From Eledone cirrhosa (lineage: Eukaryota): a stretch of 64,000 bases of DNA. Shown here one piece after another: positions 13,081 through 24,839 of this stretch. The stretch spans positions 36,022,001 to 36,086,000 of the forward strand of contig OZ024750.1 in the NCBI GenBank assembly GCA_964016885.1, written 5' to 3'. The notes below the pieces were generated by a model. The model saw only the letters and a program-made list of their open reading frames with translations, had not been told where the DNA came from and ran no database searches. A program made the position numbers and the translations under genes. The stretch's first letter is position 1; every line of letters begins with the position of its first letter.

Positions 13081-13670
13081 AGATGACCATTAAAGTCACC
13101 AGCCACAATAGTGAAGTCACAGTCACAATCATTCACCCTTCAATTAGTCTGTAATGATATGATCCTCCTGTTCATGGACAAGAGAATATAAATTAATACT
13201 AATATATTCCATCCCTTTTCAAAGCAAGTAATTTACATCTAATTTTGTTCTTCAATGAATTGTAGTTTTCTGTGCAAATCAATCAATATTCTCTGATCAT
13301 ATAAGGAAATATTGAAACAGATAATATGAGGAAAACTTAATCTATGGCTCACAGAATATCACATTATCCAATATTATTATCATTTTTGCAATTACAAGTG
13401 ACTAACAACACTCTTCATCATTGCCAATTTTCTGCTTCTTTCACTCTTTTCAATTGTTCTAATAATTAGTGTCAGAAAGAAGCATTTAAAGATTGATTTT
13501 TGTTTGTTGTTTTGATAGCATGAAAAAAAAATGCTAAGCAAATATTGGTGGTGAATTGTTGGATTGATAGAATCATTGGAGTGTCAGACAAATTTTTTTC
13601 AGTGTTCTGTCTTTTCTGAGTTCAAATCCCACCTAGGTAAACTTTGCTTCTCATTCTTTCAGGCTTAAAC

Positions 13671-13896
13671 TTAACCCTTTAGCATTTACATTACTCTCTA
13701 TATACTCTTGTATTTTTGTGGTAAAGGCTCTACCTTTCATAATTATCCCACATATCGAATCTATGAAATTTTGATATTATTTATTTTGAGAACAATACCT
13801 TAACATAAGTATGAGTGACTGGTTACAGCCAGTTTGAACAGAAAGAAGTGAGAGAATTTTAGCTGGATATGGTTGGTTTAAATGTTAAAGGGTTAA
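13671..13896 (+). mobile_element. Complete piggyBac-type MITE inserted in a SINE
   Basis: TTAA-CCCTTTAGCATTTA ... TAAATGTTAAAGGG-TTAA terminal inverted repeats with TTAA target duplication. SINE halves lie on both sides. Confidence 0.9.
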
Positions 13897-14512
13897 TGAT
13901 ATATATAATACCTGTTCAATATTGCATTATGTGTGTTTGACTGTTTCCTGCCTTCTAAGTTGCCGGTCTTGTATTTAAATCAGAAACCATTATTTGTAGC
14001 AGTTAGTATAAAAAATACATGTGCAATCTAATAAATAACTCAATTCTAATGTAAAGATTATGGAAGTTTTTATGGGTGGGGAGGGGAATAAGTAATTTAA
14101 ATAATAGAAGAAGCTATGTAGCCAGTCCCAGTTAAAATAGACTCCCAGACTATTTAGCCAGTAAAGGTGTCAGACACAATGAGTTGCAACCCAAGTTAAG
14201 ACAATTTGAAACCTTTGCCACCATCAATTGTTAAAAAACAAGTTAAAATCATTTAGTCATCATCTTATTATAATTCTGCTTGTGTGTTGTCAATTTGTAA
14301 CATATGTTATGCTTTAGTTACATACACTCCCATCTACTAAGAATTTTAGCAGAGTCAAAAGTTTTCGAAATTAAGAATTTTAGCAGAAAGTCATGACTTG
14401 AGTTAAAGTTGGTTTTCACTACCTGAAAACACTATTTATTATTTATTGATAAAATAAGATTCTTGGACCTTGGCTTTACCGGTAAAATAAGCTTAAAAAG
14501 CATGTTTGTCTG

Positions 14513-14795
14513 TTCCTTGAATAATTGTTTCTACTATTGGCACAAGGCCAGCAATTACCCAGTGCATTACTGGTGCTTTATTTTATCGACCCAATAAGGA
14601 TGAAATGCAAAGTTAACCTCAGTGGGATTTGAACTCAGACTGCAAGCCTATTCCTTAAATAATTGTTTCTACTATTGGCACAAGGCCAGCAATTACCCAG
14701 TGCATTACTGGTACTTTATTTTATCGACCCCGTAGGGATGAAAGGCAAAGTTAACCTCGGCGGGATTTGAACTCGGAGCCTATTCCTTAAATAAT
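14513..14795 (-). mobile_element. Two tandem 5'-truncated family C SINE copies
   Basis: Duplicated aataattgtttctactattggcacaaggcc...gggatttgaactc. Confidence 0.85.
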
Positions 14796-15059
14796 GAAGA
14801 CACAAATGGGATGTGAACTTCATAAACTTAATGCAGGCAACCCACCTAGAAGAACAGTAACTCGAAAAATAAAAGTTGAAAAATGAGACACTTTACTCCT
14901 GCCATAGATAACTTCTCTATGGTTATAGTTATAATAAAATTCACTCAGTTAATGCTATATGTGGTTGGTTATAAGAAAGCATTCTGATGTTTAAATATAA
15001 AAAACATACATAAAGAATGTAGAAACACAATAAAAATTGGTGATTCTTTTCTATTGTTC

Positions 15060-15188
15060 AATTCTGTTTCCTGTAATGATGAAAGACAAAGTTAACCTTG
15101 GTGGAATTTGCACTCAGACCGTAAAGGACCGTAACTCTATGCTGCAAAGCATGGTATCCAACTCTACCGATACTGCCAATCCACTGCC
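15060..15188 (-). mobile_element. Family C SINE 5' portion
   Basis: ...ctctaccgatactgccaatccactgccc head. Confidence 0.8.
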
Positions 15189-16434
15189 CTAACATCACCT
15201 CTGATAAATATAAACAGTTTGGTATCATAGAATCACGAGTGGTTTCAGGTAATCTAGTACCCAAAGTGTTAACAATTCTTGGATCAGATAAACCTTATTT
15301 ACAGTGTGCCATTACACACTGTTTGAAAAACCACATACAACATCATCATCATCAATATTTAATGTCTGCTTTCCTTGCTGGTAATGGTTGGACGAGTCAT
15401 TAGTAGACCTGGTCAGTACTTGAAGCAAATGTACTGACCCCACAGTGGACCAGGAGACTGCATCTTGCCCACACTCATCTACCCTATTTAATGCTCAGAT
15501 TGGATGGTGGCTCGTAACTTACTTAGCATACAACTCCACACACTACTGGGTATATTTTATTGTGACACCAACACTAGGAAAGTTGTCATGTCCTTGACAT
15601 ACCTTAACAGTCCTCCTGGCACCTTTGTTTGGCAGGTTTTCTACAGCTGGATGCTCTTCCTATCAGCAAGCACTTTACAGAGTGTACTGGGTGTGTTTAT
15701 TGTGTAAATAATTAAATCAACACAAGGAAAATTGTCATGTCTTTTGACACACCTGAAGAGTCGTCCTGACTCCATAAATATATATCACAGACAAAATAAC
15801 AATAGAGGGAAGTTGTACTGAAGAAAACTCATTAACCCCATGCAGACATGGAAAAGTGGAAGTACAAATGATGATGATGTGTACATACTCATACACACAC
15901 ACTCATACATACACACACTCACACACATATATACACACAACACATGTGTAAACAAATAAACTAAAACACAATCTACATTGCTATATAACTCTTGTATATT
16001 TTCAGCTTGTTTAGCATTGTTTGCTAAGTTTAGTTTTGAATTATTACTAACATAAGTAAGAAATTGCACAAGAACTTTCTAAAGACCCACTGTTTTGTAT
16101 TATATAATCTAATATTACTTTAACATTTGGTAGATCACCACCTGTGTTTGCATGCCAAATGTTTGAAGAATTTATCAAATTCAATACTCTGAAATTATAA
16201 TCGAATAAATTTTTACTTTCAGTTTTAATTAGTGCAACATAGCTTTTCATTATTTATGTCCATTGAGAGCTTCTCGTTTCTTGTTTTTATTTTTGCCGCA
16301 TGTCTTCTTCGTTCTCAGAACAATGTGAGAAATGGAAGATGGTAGTTCTGTAACAACCAAATTTTGATGTAATACTGAGAGTAAAGATCGAAGGAGACTC
16401 AACTTCTAATAAAACAAAGAAATGGAATATTGTA

Positions 16435-16682
16435 TACACATACACACATCAACAGACACACCCACACACACCAATACACACCAACACACACACAAATACA
16501 CAAACACATTGACACACACAGACACACACACACCAACACACACGCGCACACTCACACACACACCAACACACACGCGCACACTCACACACACACCAACACA
16601 CACGCGCACACTCACACACACACACAGAAACAAGCTCAAACCCACACAAATACACACAGCACATCATCATCACCATCACCAT
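16435..16682. repeat. (CA)-rich compound microsatellite with a 30-bp unit x3, then (CAT)n
   Basis: Directly visible. Confidence 0.9.
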
Positions 16683-16817
16683 TTTATTTCTGTGTTCCTG
16701 TTAGCATGGGTTGGATGGGTTGTCATGCGCTATGTCTAGTTAGGTCAGATGACCAGATCTTGTTCACATCTTCCAGTTTGTCATGATTTCTACAGCTCTT
16801 TTCTAACTCAAACAGCT

Positions 16818-17321
16818 TTAACCCTTTAGCATTCACATTATTTTATATATACAAAATAAAGTACCAGTAATACACTGGGTAATTGCTGGCCTTGTGCCGA
16901 AAGTAGAAACAATTATTTTATATATAAAATTATATAAGGGCAGTGGATTGGCAGTATCAGTAGAGGGTCGGACGCCATGATTTGCAGCACAGTTACGTCC
17001 CGTTACGGACTGAGTTCAAATCCCGCCGAGGTTAACTTTGCCTTTCATCCTTATGGGGTCGATAAAATAAAGTACCAGTAATATACTGGGATAATTGCTG
17101 GCCTTGTGCCAAAAGTAGAAACAATTATTTTATATATACTATTATATTTTCATGGTAAAGGCTTTACCTCACATAATATCTCACATAATATCGAATCTAT
17201 GAGATTTTGAAAGTATTTATTTTGAGAACAATACCTTAACATCAGTTTGAGCGACCAGTTACAGCCAGTTTCAACAGAGAGAGGTAGAGAATTCTGGCCG
17301 GTTTGAACACTAAAGGGTTAA
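16818..17321 (+). mobile_element. piggyBac-type MITE carrying a nested full-length family C SINE (16938-17130)
   Basis: TTAACCCTTTAGCATT ... CTAAAGGGTTAA ends; SINE head gggcagtggattggcagtatc and B-box inside. Confidence 0.85.
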
Positions 17322-17810
17322 AGTGTTTACTGGGTGTGTTTTAAATGGCACCAGCAGTGTCACTTTATAGGATGGGTTTGGGGCATTTTATTGTTGTACC
17401 AGCACTACCACTTTCCAGAGTCAGGTGGATACATTTTACAGAGTGGTGTGGATGCATTTTATTTTGGTGCTATGTCTATTGCTTTACAGAGTCAGGTGAA
17501 TGTTATCATGGTACCAGAACTACCTTTTTACAAAGTGGGATGGATGGATTTTAACAAGGTGTCAGCCTTACCACTTTACAGAGTTAGCAGGGTGCATTTT
17601 AATATAGCATCAGCCCTACCAGTTTACAGAGTGGAGTGGGTCCATTTTATTGTGGCACTATCACTCCTGTTCTACAGTGTGAGGTAAATCTTATAGTGGT
17701 CTCATGACTACCACACTACAGGGTGGGACGGATGCACCCTATTATGGCAGGTAGCAGCATTACCACCTGCAAAGTTCCCCGGGTATATTCCAGGTTTGCA
17801 TTAGCACTGT
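17322..17810. repeat. Old, diverged ~48-bp tandem array derived from a SINE family B segment
   Basis: Recurrent ttttattgtggcacc..accactttacagagtgg motif. Confidence 0.7.
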
Positions 17811-17870
17811 GACTATCATTGTGTCTTAGATCAGAGAGGGGGGGGGGGAGATGTGAGCACAACAGTGTTG

Positions 17871-18133
17871 GCACTATAGGGGCAGGGTTACTGTGGCATT
17901 GTAGGGGCAGGGTTACTGTGGCACTGTATGGGCAGGGTTAGAGTGGCACTGTAGGGGCAGGGTTACTGTGGCACTGTATGGGGAGGGTTACTGTGGCACT
18001 GTAGAAGCAGGGTTACTGTGGCACTGTATGGGCAGGATTAAAGTGGCACTGTAGGGGAGGGTTACTGTGGAACTGTAGGAGCATGGTTACTGTGGCACTG
18101 TAGGGGCAGGGTTACTGTGACACTGTATGGGGG
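17871..18133. repeat. 25-bp G-rich minisatellite, ~10 copies
   Basis: ggggcagggttactgtggcactgta at 17879, 17904 and onward. Confidence 0.95.
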
Positions 18134-19176
18134 AACATTTCCATGCAACGTTTTTGAAAATCTTTAATATTTTGGGGAAGTTTTTGGAAAAAGTTTGGAA
18201 AAATTACTGATGAAATTTTTGTGAATCTTTTCTATCAAAACTCTTTGAAAGATTTTGGCAAATATTTTGATGAAAATTTGAGGGATGCTTATTGGAAATT
18301 CAAAAAAAAAAATTTGAGCCTCAACAAGTCATTTTGCTGGGCACACACAGGGCGGGCAAATATTTTACCTAGTTTTATAGCTGGATGTCCTTCCTGTTGC
18401 CAAACACTTTACTGCAAATATGTGGTACATTTTGAGTAAAGAAGGGGAAGTATATTTATGGAGAGAATAGCTAAGGTGTGATAGTGGAAGGGGAATGTGC
18501 GAGGTAGAGAGAGTAGTTATTAGGGTGTGATAGTGAAGACATATATACAATACATAAACAGAGAAAGCCCTAAGCGATACTCCGACCAACTCCATCTCAC
18601 TCAACAAACATTAGGATATACTTAAGTATTATCCCAATTTAGTGTTTGGGGTGCTAACTAATCAGTATTTTGTGGATAGCTGGTTGTATTATTTTATGAG
18701 ACATTATTAAATAAATATCTCATTTCTTCCAGATGGCCGTTTCTTTATAAGATTTCTACAATTTGGGATAAATAATTTCCAGGTTATGTAGAAACTTGTA
18801 TATAATCCATAGTTTTATACACAAGCAGGCTCTTATAAACTCATGAGTGGATGCCCAATCAATAACGATATAAGAATTTTATCGATATTAACAGAATGGT
18901 GATGGTCTCCCTCAGTGCTAAGAAGAGACTGGTAGATTAGAATCCAGCAGTTCTTCCAAATAAAAAATACACGCTGTCCCCAAAAGGGTAAAGGGAGGTC
19001 ATCTTAAAATAAAACAATATACACGCTGGTCAATTAAACCTGTTAGGTATTAACCACTATATATATACATATATATATATATAAATAGATACATATACAT
19101 ACGTATGGGTAAATGATATATGTTGAAGATAATACATATATATATGTTTGTATGTATTTCAATATATATGTATATA

Positions 19177-19418
19177 TCATTTTACGTTCGCTTTTCCCTG
19201 CTTGCAAGAGTGGGACGGGTCCTATTCAGCACAGCATCTCTCGACTTGTCACGGTCGTTCACCATCTCCTTCGTGAGCTTCAGCGATCTGAGATCAGCTC
19301 TCACCACCTCCACCCCTGTTTTTTGTGGTCTTCCTCGACTGCGACTTCCATCTACTGGAATTTCTTGACACTTCTTTACCCAGCGGTCATCCTCCATGTG
19401 CATCACATGTCCATACCA
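19177..19418 (-). mobile_element. RTE LINE 3' terminal fragment
   Basis: WYGHVMHMEDDRWVKKCQEIPV; same family as 8978-9868. Confidence 0.9.
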
Positions 19419-19566
19419 ATATATATATATATATAGTCTCATAAACCCGACTGCTGTTTTTAGCGGCATTAGTATGAAACGTGCTAGGCGCTGCAAGATG
19501 TACTTTTATATCAGCGCATCGTTCAGTCTTCTTAGATCCTTTGAAGTGAAAGGTTCGAATTTCCTG

Positions 19567-19645
19567 GATACCCGCAGAAGAGCACAGGAATGGTGGCTTT
19601 CACTTAATAATTCTTGCGAAACAGATTTATATCTGTCCGGGTATC
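19567..19645 (+). ncRNA. Type-I hammerhead ribozyme with one core substitution (U4A)
   Basis: Stem I GATACCCG/CGGGTATC (8 bp), CAGAAGA, stem II GCA(C)AGGAAT/ATTCTTGC, GAAA, stem III ACAGAT(ttat)ATCTGT, GUC cleavage triplet. Confidence 0.85.
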
Positions 19646-19990
19646 AAAGGCAGTTGCTCAATATAGGTTTGTTATTTTTATTGATTTATTACTTTAAATT
19701 GAGACAGGCAAACCATATTGTTTTAAATTAGTATTTTTTCAACCTAGCTAAGTTGGTCATTTGCAATTGGAACACATGTATACTTGTATCGGTGTTCATC
19801 CATCTCATATATTCAATTATATTACACGGCTTGGATAGATTCCCTTCTTTGAGCTATTTAATTGTAAAAGACTATTTTGAATTTCTAACTCAATCTATGA
19901 TATATATATATATATATATACACAATTCTTAACCTTTTACAGACATTCAGTGTGAAACCAGTGGCTGTACATAGATAAACATTGAACATC

Positions 19991-20095
19991 TTAACCCTTT
20001 ATCATTTACATTACTCTATATTTACTATTGTATTTTTGTGATAAAGGCTTACATAATTATCTCACATAATATCAAATCAATGAGGTTTTGTTATA
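19991..20095 (+). mobile_element. Partial piggyBac-type MITE
   Basis: TTAACCCTTTATCATTTACATTACTC left end. Confidence 0.75.
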
Positions 20096-20235
20096 ACTAT
20101 ATATAAAAATATCGAATCAATGATATTTTGTGTAACTATATATAAAAATTTATATAATCTGGGTAATAACAAATATTACCCAGTTACAAGTATGAAAATA
20201 GCTCAATGTAAAATACCAAATATACTACAGAGCTG

Positions 20236-20445
20236 AAATACATTGTAAATGACAATCAAATAGTGTTTAAAACATTTAATCACTTACTATCGTTTCATCC
20301 TAGCACAAGGCTGGAATCATCAGAGTAGATAACAAAAGTCAAACACGAATATAATATCAAAACTTTTCAGCCTTGTACTAGAATGAAACGATTGTAAGTG
20401 ATTAAATGCTTTAAATACTCTTTGATTGTCATTTACATTGTATTT
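20236..20445. repeat. Imperfect inverted repeat (~78-bp arms) containing a hammerhead motif
   Basis: 20236-20313 is the reverse complement of 20368-20445. Confidence 0.9.
20282..20326 (-). ncRNA. Minimal type-I hammerhead motif, complete core
   Basis: ACT-CTGATGA-TTCCAGC(cttgt)GCTAGGAT-GAAA-C(gata)G-TA-AGT. Confidence 0.75.
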
Positions 20446-20544
20446 ATTTATTTATATATATTTATATATATATATATATATATAAGAAAGTGAGGTTTTT
20501 TTTACAAAATGAAAAATAACCGAGGTGTCCTACACGAGTGAAAG

Positions 20545-20829
20545 TATAAGGAAAAAAGATGAAATCAAAAATGCAACTGGAGTCTTTTTTGTTTTTTAAT
20601 ATATATATTTATTTGGTTCCTTTACCGGCTTCGCACTTCTGCTTTTCAAAAGTAGAGTTGAGATGGAGGGTCTGTGATTTTTTTCTCACAGTGAGAAAAA
20701 TCACTGACTCTCCATCTCAACTCTACTTTTGAAAAGCAGAAGAACTGCAAAACCGGTAAAGGAACCAAATAAATATATATATTAAAAAACAAAAAAGACT
20801 CCAGTTGCATTTTTGATTTCATCTTTTTT

Positions 20830-20836
<7 letters not shown>
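20545..20836. repeat. Near-perfect palindrome (~145-bp arms, 1-nt loop at 20690) next to (TA)n
   Basis: tataaggaaaaaagatg...ctcac-a-gtgag...catcttttttccttata. Confidence 0.95.
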
Positions 20837-20903
<67 letters not shown>

Positions 20904-21679
20904 GCATGTGTAAATTAGTACAAAGTAATATAAAATATGTAGGAATAAATATGTGTGCATGTGTGTGAGCATACATATATCATTAATATATATTAAATTC
21001 TTTAGAGCTTCTGTATATTATTAATAAGTAAATGACATGCTTATAAATATAGACTGGCAACAGTGTAGATTATCTAGTCTAGGAACAGGTGTGTATGAAA
21101 AGCCAACCTATAAACAAGAATTGAAATGTTATTGATAATTAATCTGGAAGATAATGTAATTGATATTTGGAACACTCAGTGCAAAAATGAAGTCAACTAG
21201 ACAATGCTTGTTGCTTTCAAATGAAGTAGTAACATTTATTTCTCTCTATTTGTCTTTTTCTGTTTCTTAAGCTATTATTTTTCTAATTTAATACAGAAGA
21301 TTCTAAAGGAATTTTCAGTGTAATTTATTTTTTAAAATACCCGGTTCACACAATTACTCTAGGGTTTCAAATATTCATTCTGCTTATTCATTTTTCAGAT
21401 TTTTTCCCCAAACCCCACCACTCTGATCCGCTGCCACTTATTAAATTTTGCTAATCTATCTCTGGCAAAATTTTATTTTAAGTGGTAGAGATCCTGTGAC
21501 AATTAATTTTCATTAGACATTCAAAAACGTTATACATGACAAACAAAGTGCATTACTAGATATCTCATACTTTATGAAAGAAATAGGATGGGTTGGGTGT
21601 CTCATTATGTAAACTAACAGACTAATTCTGGTTTTTAAAAGAATCAACGGAGGCAACCTAGAAAGATTACAGATTTTCC

Positions 21680-21820
21680 ACCTCCACACCTTCTTATCCC
21701 ACTCCCACACCTTCTTATCCCACCCCCCACGCCTTCTTATCTCACCCCCACACCTTATCCCACCCCCTTTATTCCAAACCACCCCCTTATTCTGACCCTG
21801 CTCCTTATCCCCCCCCCATT
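21680..21820. repeat. C-rich low-complexity tandem (cccacaccttcttat-like)
   Basis: Directly visible. Confidence 0.8.
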
Positions 21821-21847
21821 ACTTAGACAATTATGTTTGTTTTTAAT

Positions 21848-22207
21848 CATCATCATCATTTTACGTCCGCTTTTCCCTGCTTGCAAGGGTGGGACAGGAA
21901 CTGATTCTGGCTTGATTTCTACAGCTGGATGCCCTTCCTAACACCAACCTCATTTACAGTGAGTGCTGGGTGCTTTATTTTTTCTGTGTGGGCTGGGTGC
22001 TTTTTTGCCGTGGCACCTCCACGACCACTTTGCAGTGGAATGATAGGGACCCAGTCCCTATCATCTCATTTCTACAGCTGAATAAACTGAAGCAATGTGA
22101 AATAAAGTGTCTTGCTCACGGAAACAACACATCACCCGGTCTGAGAATTGAACTCACAACCTTTCAATTGCAAGGCCAATGCTCTAACCACTAAGCCATG
22201 TTCCTCC
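21848..22207 (-). mobile_element. Full-length SINE family A: tRNA head, CORE-like domain, RTE-derived 3' tail
   Basis: Minus strand has A-box TGGCTTAGTGG, B-box GAGTTCAATTC and the CORE-like GAGCAAGACACTT. The tail matches the RTE 3' end at 8978-9025. Confidence 0.85.
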
Positions 22208-22399
22208 AAATATGTTTTTAAAATATCCACTGAGTTATAAATTTATTTTGCACTTGTATTGTTCTCCCCCCTCCAACTTTAATGTTTATTTTCCTGCTCA
22301 CTGAATCAACTTTGTCATCTTCCCCTCCTTACAACTTGCTGGGCTGGTACCTAAATTGCAAACCATTTTACTGTTCAGTGAGCAAGGAACATAAGAGAG

Positions 22400-22760
22400 T
22401 TAGATGCTAATCCTAGTTAAATCAATAGAAAAGTCAACTCCCTTTAGTATAAGCATTCATATTTATGCAATTAAGGATATGAAGCTAGATAAAGCTGCAG
22501 GTAGAGTCCATAAAGGTATTATTGAAATGATGAATGCATTAGGATATGCTAACGTTCTACAAGTTATTCGCTTATTTAATCAGGTTGTGCAGAAATATAT
22601 TATCCCCAATGACTGTCACGGCATAATACTGTCATTTGCTTCAAGTTGCCTTCAAGATGTAATAGATAGAGGTGATAACAGAAATCTCCAAGTGATATTA
22701 CATATGAAAGTAATAGTCATAACAGAGAAATAAATGCCGAAATATTTCAGATGAGTGTTT
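22400..22760 (+). mobile_element. Degenerate RTE LINE fragment (start of RT region)
   Basis: AIKDMKLDKAAG..IIEMMNALG..LFNQVV..IPND. Confidence 0.6.
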
Positions 22761-23115
22761 GTTAATATGATCATAATTTTTCTGGCTTTTATTTTACAAC
22801 TTTGTAGTGTATAAATCTATTCATATCTACACTATGTTCCACTAGGTTTAATCACCAGGTATCATGAAGTGCCTTATTTGTGTTCAAATAGTTACTAATT
22901 CCTTGATACTATGTTTTCAATTGCCAGTGATTGGAAATAAAATATATTTTCTGGAGTAAGAAATGATTATTTTGATTGGTAACAAAATATTTCATTCTTA
23001 GCATGAAGGACAGACTGTATGATAAAAATATCTATAGTATAATAGTGTATGGTAGTGGAATATGATAATTTAGTGCAGACGATCTGCAGATAAACGTATA
23101 TATAGTGTGATACTA

Positions 23116-23317
23116 TAGGAGGGTCGGTTGAAGAGGTCATAGGCTGACCAAGACACTCTCATGGCATGACCAAATGAGGTTTATTTTTCAACATAGTCCC
23201 TGAAAAGAAACAATGTAGTTATTAATAAGAAGAGTTAAAATTAATGCATGCAACGTTTCACAGCTCTAGCATCACTCTTTTATAGTCAGACTCTGAATTT
23301 TTCAGCCAACCCTTGTA
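23116..23317. mobile_element. Tc1/mariner-type MITE
   Basis: TA-GGAGGGTCGGTTGAAGAGGTCATAGGCTGAC ... GTCAGACTCTGAATTTTTCAGCCAACCCTTG-TA imperfect terminal inverted repeats with TA flanks. Confidence 0.75.
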
Positions 23318-23329
23318 TGTTTTGAAAGA

Positions 23330-23922
23330 TGATACTTTAGTGCATCTATGGTGTGATAATGTATGGCAGTAAAATATGATAATTTAGTGCAGATGAACTG
23401 CAGAGATGTTGGAGAAATGACTAATGTATGATAGATTGCAATGTTAACTTGCATGAAATACAGAATTCAATTGAGTTAAAAGTGTTTGAGAACTAAAGGA
23501 ATTTGCTGATTTATATAGAAGTCCTGCACTTGTACAGGTATGTAATGCAAATTATGACATGCACTAGAGGTGGAAGGACGCTCTAGTTTTGCAGTAGAGG
23601 CTACCTTTCACAAAAGTAGACCAAGGAACACCTGAGTAGAAATAATGATGTTTAGATCAGAAGTCACAGAAGTTTGAAACAAATAACCAAGCAATACAGG
23701 ACAATGTTAACCCTTTAGCATTTAAACAGGCCGTATCCGGCTAGAATTCTCTCACTTCTTTCTGTTGAAACTGGCTGTTAAGATATTGTTCTCAAAATAA
23801 TAATATCAAAATCCCGGATTCGGTATTATGTGAGGTAAAGTGTTTACCGTAAAAATACAATAGTAAATATAGTCATGTAAATGCTAAAGGGTTAAACAAG
23901 TGTAGAATAGAAATGATGATTA
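23330..23922 (+). mobile_element. Very degenerate RTE 3' region interrupted by a MITE
   Basis: Weak similarity to 8978-9450 (gcagatgaactgcagagatgttggagaaatga..agaccaaggaacacctg); ends atgatgat. Confidence 0.55.
23707..23895 (-). mobile_element. Complete piggyBac-type MITE
   Basis: TTAACCCTTTAGCATTTA ... TAAATGCTAAAGGGTTAA, perfect terminal inverted repeats. Confidence 0.9.
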
Positions 23923-24138
23923 TTATGTGGGAAACACCTATAAATGTTTAGTTACAATTCCTTATCATGCTGTTTAATCATGTTGTTACCATATTTCCAG
24001 GGCTTCCATCTCTAAAACAAATTTCGGTAAAAATGTTTTAAATAATTATACATGATTATTATTATTTTTAAATATTAATTTTAATGTAAATATATATATA
24101 TTTATATATGTGTGTGTGTGTGTATATGTATATGTATA

Positions 24139-24170
<32 letters not shown>

Positions 24171-24172
<2 letters not shown>

Positions 24173-24214
24173 CGTAGTTTAGAAAGCCACAACAGTGGCT
24201 TTCTAAACTACGTA
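24171..24214. repeat. Perfect 20-bp hairpin directly after (TA)n
   Basis: tacgtagtttagaaagccac-aaca-gtggctttctaaactacgta. Confidence 0.95.
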
Positions 24215-24461
24215 TTTTACACATTTCACAATGCTTCAAGCAAACTTTAACACCCTCTTATATATATATATGTGTGTGTGTATGTGTATATATATGTATA
24301 TATATATATGTGTGTGTGTGTTTATATATATATATATGTATGGCAACATGAATGGACCTGTTATTTTTCTCTAAAAACATATTTTCCAATTCCACCCCAT
24401 CTTAAACCTTACATTCTCGCTAACAACCCATCATCTATCTAATCTATTTAATTTCTCATAC

Positions 24462-24500
24462 TTTTTTCTGATGAGGGACTAGCATCCAAAACGTTAAGAC
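24462..24500 (+). ncRNA. Degenerate minimal hammerhead motif (same family as 336-373)
   Basis: CTGATGA-G-GGA(ctagca)TCC-AAAA-CGTT-AAGAC (G12A). The ~85 bp downstream is homologous to 382-462. Confidence 0.65.
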
Positions 24501-24584
24501 CTGCTTTTACAAGCATTAACCTAATATATTCCTTCCATATACTGTACCGATTGTGTTGTTATTTCTGTTTACCTTTTACATATC

Positions 24585-24611
24585 TGTATGAATATATTTC
24601 ATTAACTTTCT

Positions 24612-24660
<49 letters not shown>

Positions 24661-24685
24661 AAAGTTAATGAAATATATTCATACA
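24585..24685. repeat. Palindrome centred on a (TA)n tract
   Basis: tgtatgaatatatttcattaactttcttat-(TA)n-ataagaaagttaatgaaatatattcataca. Confidence 0.95.
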
Positions 24686-24839
24686 CACCTAAGCATGTAC
24701 TAAGATATATCAAAGCTTAAAGACTAGAGACAATCTGTACTGAATGCAAGATTACTTAATTCGTAGAGTATCTTATTAAAATTAATAAAAATTAAAACAA
24801 AATACCTGATAATGATTAATATATTTCCTTTATGTATTC

